DNA from: an uncultured Thermoplasmata archaeon
GTDB lineage: Archaea; Thermoplasmatota; Thermoplasmata; GCA-020350865
Direction of reading: 5' to 3'
DNA length: 55,405 nt
NCBI GenBank assembly: GCA_965371185.1
Contig: CBDUXN010000002.1
Span: forward strand, 1 to 55,405
Below are positions 49,965-55,405 of this stretch, one piece after another. The position numbers and the translations under genes are program-made. Every line of letters begins with the position of its first letter. The first letter of the stretch is position 1. Below the pieces are notes generated by a model, which did no database searches, was not told the DNA's origin, and worked only from the letters and a program-made list of their open reading frames with translations.

Positions 49965-50909
49965 CTAATCCCTAATACCCTCCTCACAGAGCATGATCAC
50001 GGCCTCCCCATCTGGCAAGCTCGGAGAGTCCACGAGCCTGCATATCCTCTTGCTTCCCTTGCTCTTTCTCATGTATATTCTGAAAGTGGCGGTGTGGCCA
50101 ACGATATGGCCTCCAATGGGTCTGGTCGGGTCGCCGAAAAATGCATCCGGTTTCGCGGAAACCTGATTTGTAACGAGGATCGCTGCGTTGGTCAAATCAG
50201 CGAACCTCTGCAGGTCGTGCATATGTCTGTTCAGCTTTTGCTGCCGCTCAGCCAATGCCCCCCTGCCGATATACTCGGCACGGAAATGCGCGGTCAAAGA
50301 ATCGACTATCAGAAGTCTGACAGGAAACTCCTTTGCGAGCATCTTCGCCTTGTCCATCAAAAGCATCTGGTGGTGGGAGTTGAAAGCCCTTGCCACATGC
50401 ACATTTTGCAAAACTTCTGTGGGATCCAGATCTAGGGCCTGTGCGATCTGTATTATCCTTTCAGGCCTGAAGGTGTTCTCTGTATCGATCATCAAGGTAT
50501 GGCCTTCCAATCCCCCCTGCTCCTCTGCCAGTTGAACATTCACCGCTAGCTGATGCGCTATCTGCGTCTTCCCTGAGCCGAACTCTCCATAGACCTCCGT
50601 TATTGCCTGTGTCTCAAAGCCTCCGCCCAATAATTCATCAAATGCCTTGGCCCCTGTGGTGAGCTTACCAACGGTCTTCCTTTTATCTAGCAACGCGTCT
50701 CCCGTCATGAAGTTCCCGATATCCGCCTCGTGTTTTGCAAGATTTATGATCTTGTTGGCTGTGGGTTCTCCTATCTCAGCCAACTCCGCAAGGTTCTTAG
50801 GAGATTCCACAGCTATGGACATCAAATCCGTATAGCCTGCTTCTCTCAATTTTTCAGCAGTTGCTGGTCCTACTCCTGGCAACTCTTCTATTTTTTTTTC
50901 TTCTGCCAT
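49965..50909 (-). CDS. radA: DNA repair and recombination protein RadA
   Basis: The N-terminal HhH is ..[20 protein letters not shown].., Walker A is GEFGSGKTQ and Walker B is ..[15 protein letters not shown]... 314 aa. Confidence 0.95.
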   Translation of the reverse strand: MAEEKKIEELPGVGPATAEKLREAGYTDLMSIAVESPKNLAELAEIGEPTANKIINLAKHEADIGNFMTGDALLDKRKTVGKLTTGAKAFDELLGGGFETQAITEVYGEFGSGKTQIAHQLAVNVQLAEEQGGLEGHTLMIDTENTFRPERIIQIAQALDLDPTEVLQNVHVARAFNSHHQMLLMDKAKMLAKEFPVRLLIVDSLTAHFRAEYIGRGALAERQQKLNRHMHDLQRFADLTNAAILVTNQVSAKPDAFFGDPTRPIGGHIVGHTATFRIYMRKSKGSKRICRLVDSPSLPDGEAVIMLCEEGIRD

Positions 50910-51019
50910 TTAATTCACCATTTTTTGGTTTGTTGAATAAATCGCTTTTTGAACTTATAAGGGTATCTATGAGGGGTAGGTGAAAGTAATACTTTGCCGA
51001 TGACGATGGTTTAAACCAG

Positions 51020-51046
51020 CCCGCCGCCCCTGTCCACCACACCCCC
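51020..51046. repeat. C-rich intergenic motif copy
   Basis: cccgccgcccctgtccaccacaccccc lies 110-140 nt upstream of the radA start (50909, minus strand). Confidence 0.35.
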
Positions 51047-51073
51047 TTGTTAACCTATTTATGGACTTTATTA

Positions 51074-52231
51074 TTATGTCACTATCTCTTCCACCTTGTC
51101 CATCTCGATCGCCCTTCTCACCTCCATTGCCACCCTTCTTCCGGTGCTCATGCTCTTTCTCCATAATGTGTTGCCGTAGGGATGTCCAACAGACATATGC
51201 ACGTTCGTGCCCCCTCCCACTCTGGGCGCAACATCGTATATGAAGAAGTTCAGATCTTTATCCACACATGTTTGCAGGCAGAACGGTCCTATTATGCCTG
51301 GGGGATGATGCTCCTGTGTTGCCTTGACGTAACTCTCGGCCAGGGGGAAAACCTTTTCCAGCAGTGATTCTCGGAGCGTTGCGCTGTTGTGCCCGCATAC
51401 GGTGTATTCAGGATACATCTGCTCCTCGGTCAATGCCATCTGCTGCGGTGCAGGTAATCTCACATGGCCGTCCAAACTCGTCTCGAATCTCCAGTCCACC
51501 CCAATAAGTTCGATTTTCGAGCCGGAAGGTTCTATGGGCGAGTAGAAGAAATCGAAGTTGAACACAGGTCCTATGATATAGCGCTCGATCCTCGCCCTAC
51601 CCAAATCCTCCTTGGTTATCACGCCCTGCTTGAGGAGAACCTCCGATTTCTTTAGGTATTCCTCATGAGTTGAGGCACTAAAAAAACCGCGCTCCAGTTT
51701 CTTGACGGCATGATGAAGCTTAATGATACTCAAATCCTTTATATCCTCCGGTCTCTCGACTTTTTCCGGGAATGGTAAACCAGCCTTTTCCAACAGCCAG
51801 TAATAATCCTGCTTCTCCCCCCTTTCCTCGGTTCTCAACATGTTCCTGCTCCCCACCATAGGCACTTTGAAATCGTTCTCTATCTCATCCAATCCGATAT
51901 AGGATGAGAATGACCTGTTCGGAATGAACAAAGCATTTTCATCGATGAGCATCTTCTGGTTCTCAGGCTTCATGATCTCGTTGAACTTGTCGTAAACAAC
52001 GGCCTTGTCCACCACACCTCTGATCAACCTGCCATCAGCATCCCTCTCGGCCAGAAGATATGTATTATAGGTCTTTTCCCTGCCCTTTTGGCATATCACA
52101 AGCGTCTCGAACCCCTCTTCTATTGCGCCGTCGCATACATCCAATGCAGAATGCGAAGCTATCATGCCGAGTTTTACCTTACCAAGATCGTACTCCTTCA
52201 AAACTTCCTGAATCTCTTCTCTCTCAATCAT
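51074..52231 (-). CDS. purP: 5-formaminoimidazole-4-carboxamide ribonucleotide (FAICAR) synthetase, ATP-grasp
   Basis: ..IASHSALDVCDGAIEEGFETLVICQKGREKTY.., ..IGPFCLQT.. and ..APRVGGGTN.. align with my memory of the Methanocaldococcus PurP. 385 aa. Confidence 0.88.
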   Translation of the reverse strand: MIEREEIQEVLKEYDLGKVKLGMIASHSALDVCDGAIEEGFETLVICQKGREKTYNTYLLAERDADGRLIRGVVDKAVVYDKFNEIMKPENQKMLIDENALFIPNRSFSSYIGLDEIENDFKVPMVGSRNMLRTEERGEKQDYYWLLEKAGLPFPEKVERPEDIKDLSIIKLHHAVKKLERGFFSASTHEEYLKKSEVLLKQGVITKEDLGRARIERYIIGPVFNFDFFYSPIEPSGSKIELIGVDWRFETSLDGHVRLPAPQQMALTEEQMYPEYTVCGHNSATLRESLLEKVFPLAESYVKATQEHHPPGIIGPFCLQTCVDKDLNFFIYDVAPRVGGGTNVHMSVGHPYGNTLWRKSMSTGRRVAMEVRRAIEMDKVEEIVT

Positions 52232-52291
52232 AGTCCCTCACCCCAATTTGAGGGGGGTAAAGGGATGTAAAAAGATAAACATTGGGGTGCT

Positions 52292-52978
52292 ATGTCATCA
52301 AAACCTCTTTTTACCCCTAACCTCTTACCTTCACGGATGATTTGCGGTGTGGATGAGGCTGGTAGAGGCCCAGTCATTGGCCCTATGGTCATCGCAGGCG
52401 TGATGCTAAAAAGCGAATCCCAGTTGGACGGTTTGAATGTCAGGGACTCGAAAAAATGCACGCCGAAGCGCAGAGAGAAGCTGGCTTTGGAGATAGAAAA
52501 AATTGCGAGAACGGAGGTTATAATCGTTCCTGCAAGGGACATCGATACCCTAAGGGAGCGCCTTACCTTGAACAAGATCGAGAGCGACCTGTTTGCCAGC
52601 ATCATCGAAAAACTGAGGCCCTCAACCGCATATGTTGATTCCGCAGATGTGAATGTGGAGACATTCAGGCGGAACATCGAAGACGAACTGAGCTATGAGG
52701 TGGAAATAATCTCCAAGCACGGGGCAGATGAGATATACCCAATAGTGTCTGCGGCATCCATAATAGCGAAGACAACCCGTGATGCAGAGATTCGAAAGAT
52801 CGCTGAAGAGCTTGGCGAAGGGATAGGCAGCGGGTACCCTTCTGATGCCGTCACGATGCAATTCTTGGAAAGCTGGGTTGAGAGCCACGGTACACCGCCG
52901 CCCTATACCCGTCTCTCGTGGAAGACGACACAGCGTCTTTTGAGCAGGCTCAAGAGCAAGAAAATAGAGGACTTTTAG
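52292..52978 (+). CDS. rnhB: Ribonuclease HII
   Basis: The motifs are CGVDEAGRGPVIGPMVIAGV, ..VRDSKK.. and ..GADEIYPIVSAASIIAKTTRD... 228 aa. Confidence 0.93.
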   Translation: MSSKPLFTPNLLPSRMICGVDEAGRGPVIGPMVIAGVMLKSESQLDGLNVRDSKKCTPKRREKLALEIEKIARTEVIIVPARDIDTLRERLTLNKIESDLFASIIEKLRPSTAYVDSADVNVETFRRNIEDELSYEVEIISKHGADEIYPIVSAASIIAKTTRDAEIRKIAEELGEGIGSGYPSDAVTMQFLESWVESHGTPPPYTRLSWKTTQRLLSRLKSKKIEDF

Positions 52979-52989
52979 GAGGTCCGGAC

Positions 52990-53328
52990 ATGGAGGAAGT
53001 GCTGAAAGAATGGCTGAAAAAGGCAAAGAAGAGGGTGGATGAGGACGAGAAGTTCAGGAACGAGTTGAAGGAATTCGATGGAGTCTTTCAGCTAGAGATA
53101 ACCGACGGTGATAGCTACCACGTCCCCATTAAAAACGGAGAGGTGGGGGAGCTTGCAAAGGGCAAGGTGGATGATCCACGACTAACTATAACTTCAGATT
53201 CTGAGACACTAAAGGCCCTCATGAGCGGGGAGTTGGGGGCCATGAAGGCCTTTGCATTGAGAAAAATTAAACTGAAAGGTTCGTTTGAGGACATCCTCAG
53301 GCTGAGAAAGTTCCTTAAGACGGACTGA
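52990..53328 (+). CDS. SCP2 (sterol-carrier-protein-2-like) lipid-binding domain protein
   Basis: ATG at 52990 (MEEVLKEW). ..FDGVFQLEITDGDSYHVPIKNGE..LTITSDSETLKALMSGELGAMKAFALRKIKLKGSFEDILRL.. is the SCP2 pattern. Confidence 0.7.
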   Translation: MEEVLKEWLKKAKKRVDEDEKFRNELKEFDGVFQLEITDGDSYHVPIKNGEVGELAKGKVDDPRLTITSDSETLKALMSGELGAMKAFALRKIKLKGSFEDILRLRKFLKTD

Positions 53329-53372
53329 ATTTATTTCGACCTTTTTCCAGCGCGATAAATCGACCCATTATT

Positions 53373-54671
53373 TCAATATCTAAGTATATCGCTCTTCATG
53401 AACTCCCGCAACAATGCTGTTGCATAGCAGCCCTTCATGAGATCGAACCGCATTCTTACACTTCCCTCCACAATCTTCCAATTAAAATTCCTAAATGGTG
53501 AGATCAATTCCCTTCTCATGCCTTTGGAGGACAGTTCCTTCATCTGCGGCACAATGAAATCCTTTGGCACTATGTCTTCCTCTTCCAACACCCCCCTCTC
53601 TATTTCTCCCTGTTCACCTCCTGCCACCCTTACCTCAGCCCCGGGAACAAGGCCGCTTAAGAACGCCTTCCCTTCTCTGATCCTTTTCCTCACCTTGTTC
53701 ACGTTCTCCTCGCTGACATCTATCCATTTCTTATGGTCAGGCAGGCTGTTTGCATCTGTGGGGAGAACTATGTCCCCGATCAACGGCTCATCCATCAACA
53801 ACCCGTTTTCGATTCTTCGACCCAAGATCCTGTTGAAGAGGTAAGATTGATATGCATGGACGAACATCATTGAAAGGTTCTTTGGCAATACCGAGATTGC
53901 TCCAGCAAAGTCATCCTCATTTTTTACCAGATGGTTCAACATCGCCCTTTCAAAACCCAAATGTTTTGGAAACAGTCTCAGCGCCTCCCCGTAACCGATA
54001 CCCTCCTCCAAACCTCTTCTGGCCTCGAAAGCCTCCTTCCCCTCGATGTCAACCGGGTTGCCCAGATAGGTGAATACAGCGCCTCTAAAATCCCCTTCCA
54101 TGATCTTCTTGCCAACCAAATGGGTTATTGGTCTCACTGCGCCGAATCTCTGATGACCGAAAAAATTGGGAAAACCTCCAAGGGCCTTAAGTTCCGTGAA
54201 GGTTTCGTTAACCAGCTTTTCTGCCTCGATTTCTGAGGCCTCCATGTCCCTGATAACGATTTCGAAGCTGTTTCCAATCAGGTCCCCCAAATTGAGGCCT
54301 TTATTCGAGCTGTATACATCCAGCACCTCCAAATCCTTCATGCTCACCCTTTCTGCAAGCTCTTTTGATGCCTTGATAGAGATCAGCTGGGTGGTTACCG
54401 CTCTTCTATCCTTTGTTCCCGCAAAACCTATCCTGTTCCTGCTGATGCCCAATCTTCTTGACATCTGTCGAATGAGCCGGTTGGTCTCCCAATTTTTGGC
54501 CCTGATCTTAACTATGGCATATTCTCCTTCTTCCTCCTTTGGCGGAGGCAGCGAAATCTCCACCACGATGAAATCCTCGGCATTTTTTCTGAGCTTGCCT
54601 CCTACGCCTTTCGTGTCGGTATAGAATAGCTCAATACCGATTACTCTTTCATCTTCAAATGCCTTGATCAT
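53373..54671 (-). CDS. truD: tRNA pseudouridine synthase D (TruD/Pus7 family)
   Basis: The catalytic motif FAGTKDRRAVTTQ is present, plus ..FPNFFGHQRFG... 432 aa. Confidence 0.88.
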   Translation of the reverse strand: MIKAFEDERVIGIELFYTDTKGVGGKLRKNAEDFIVVEISLPPPKEEEGEYAIVKIRAKNWETNRLIRQMSRRLGISRNRIGFAGTKDRRAVTTQLISIKASKELAERVSMKDLEVLDVYSSNKGLNLGDLIGNSFEIVIRDMEASEIEAEKLVNETFTELKALGGFPNFFGHQRFGAVRPITHLVGKKIMEGDFRGAVFTYLGNPVDIEGKEAFEARRGLEEGIGYGEALRLFPKHLGFERAMLNHLVKNEDDFAGAISVLPKNLSMMFVHAYQSYLFNRILGRRIENGLLMDEPLIGDIVLPTDANSLPDHKKWIDVSEENVNKVRKRIREGKAFLSGLVPGAEVRVAGGEQGEIERGVLEEEDIVPKDFIVPQMKELSSKGMRRELISPFRNFNWKIVEGSVRMRFDLMKGCYATALLREFMKSDILRY

Positions 54672-54720
54672 CCATGGTGGATTGTTTGACTGCTAAAAGA
54701 ATTTTTGGCGATGCCTGTTT

Positions 54721-55230
54721 TTACTTATCAACTATCATTTCATAGCAATAGTAGGGCTCTTCATTCTCAGGGAAATGTATCTGTCCAGGTTTCCTTTTGT
54801 ACTTTCGTTTTTCAAATAACTGTAAGCTTCGTGGATTGCTGCTGTATGTATCAACCCTGATAGAAGAATATCCGTTTTCCCTGGCATAATTTTCCGCGAA
54901 ATCCATGAGTTTTGTGGCAATACCCATCCTCTGCCGCTCAGGATGCACCGCTAAACGATGGACGATAATGACTTTACCAAATTTATCTGTCCAATCGATA
55001 TCATCATACTCTTCATCCTGCTCCTCAGAAAGCACGATTACACCAACGATCCTTCCTACATCCTTCATGGCAAAAAGCGAGCCAGATTCAACATCCGATT
55101 TAAAAATCTCAAGTGGCGGATACTGCTCGTTCCATTGATCGATGCCATTGGCATTCATGTTCTTTATACATTCCTGAACGAGCTTGAGAATCTCATTAAT
55201 ATCATCCGATTCAGCTCTTACGATTTTCAT
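54721..55230 (-). CDS. GNAT-family N-acetyltransferase
   Basis: 169 aa. ..IVHRLAVHPERQRMGIATKLMDFAENYARENGYSSIRVDT.. is the Q/R-x-x-G-x-A acetyl-CoA-binding core. Confidence 0.8.
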   Translation of the reverse strand: MKIVRAESDDINEILKLVQECIKNMNANGIDQWNEQYPPLEIFKSDVESGSLFAMKDVGRIVGVIVLSEEQDEEYDDIDWTDKFGKVIIVHRLAVHPERQRMGIATKLMDFAENYARENGYSSIRVDTYSSNPRSLQLFEKRKYKRKPGQIHFPENEEPYYCYEMIVDK

Positions 55231-55242
55231 GTTTCACCACCG

Positions 55243-55404
55243 TCAGTGCTTTTTTTCCTTCAATCCGCGGATAAAAAATCCAGCAGCACCGGTCCCAGCC
55301 AAGATAAAAATTATCAAATGTAGCACAAACTCTATCCAGTCATTTCTCTTTCCAAAAAAACGCCAGAACCTCAGTATTCCATTGGCAATGGAAATAAAAG
55401 TAAA
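55243..55404 (-). CDS. C-terminal fragment of a membrane protein; 5' part lies beyond the window end
   Basis: Frame is open from 55404 to TGA 55245-55243: ..ISIANGILRFWRFFGKRNDWIEFVLHLIIFILAGTGAAGFFIRGLKEKKH*. It ends 13 nt before the GNAT start. Confidence 0.35.
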   Translation of the reverse strand, partial: FTFISIANGILRFWRFFGKRNDWIEFVLHLIIFILAGTGAAGFFIRGLKEKKH

Positions 55405-55405
55405 A

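Noticed and set aside
52228-52677. 149-aa minus-strand ORF
   Set aside because: It is antisense to RNase HII, whose catalytic motifs are unambiguous.

Overview
This 55.4-kb segment reads as archaeal chromosome. It carries RadA, PurP, ribosomal protein S3Ae/eS1, RNase HII, TruD and an intron-bearing tRNA. The lineage cannot be fixed from this window; a euryarchaeal or Thermoplasmatota-like origin is only an impression. All functional calls come from motifs recognised by eye, because no searches could be run.

The left ~25 kb is a dense cell-surface glycan island. It holds four GT4-type genes, one GT-C-like membrane gene and a MraY/WecA-type phosphosugar transferase. It also holds two diverged UDP-GlcNAc 2-epimerase genes, two UDP-ManNAc/UDP-sugar 6-dehydrogenase genes and a Gfo/Idh/MocA dehydrogenase. 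The tailoring genes are two CE4 deacetylases, three GNATs, a formyltransferase and a FemAB-like transferase.

Embedded at 19.6-22.8 kb is a three-gene operon of zinc-ribbon-bearing membrane and surface proteins, joined by ATGA overlaps, plus a decayed fourth ribbon. One of these genes is absent from the ORF track. This is my best candidate for an undescribed system.

The middle of the window holds a membrane-anchored S8 protease, a bacterial-type queA-tgt pair and two giant surface proteins (about 1815 and 910 aa, the first highly repetitive). It also holds a DUF4430 / beta-propeller / membrane-protein trio.

The right part is housekeeping. It is interrupted by a tRNA(CAU) with two putative introns. 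The 3' end of that tRNA is duplicated exactly 640 nt downstream, inside the first of three tandem paralogous 4-TM genes.

I saw no CRISPR array, rRNA, transposase or integrase.
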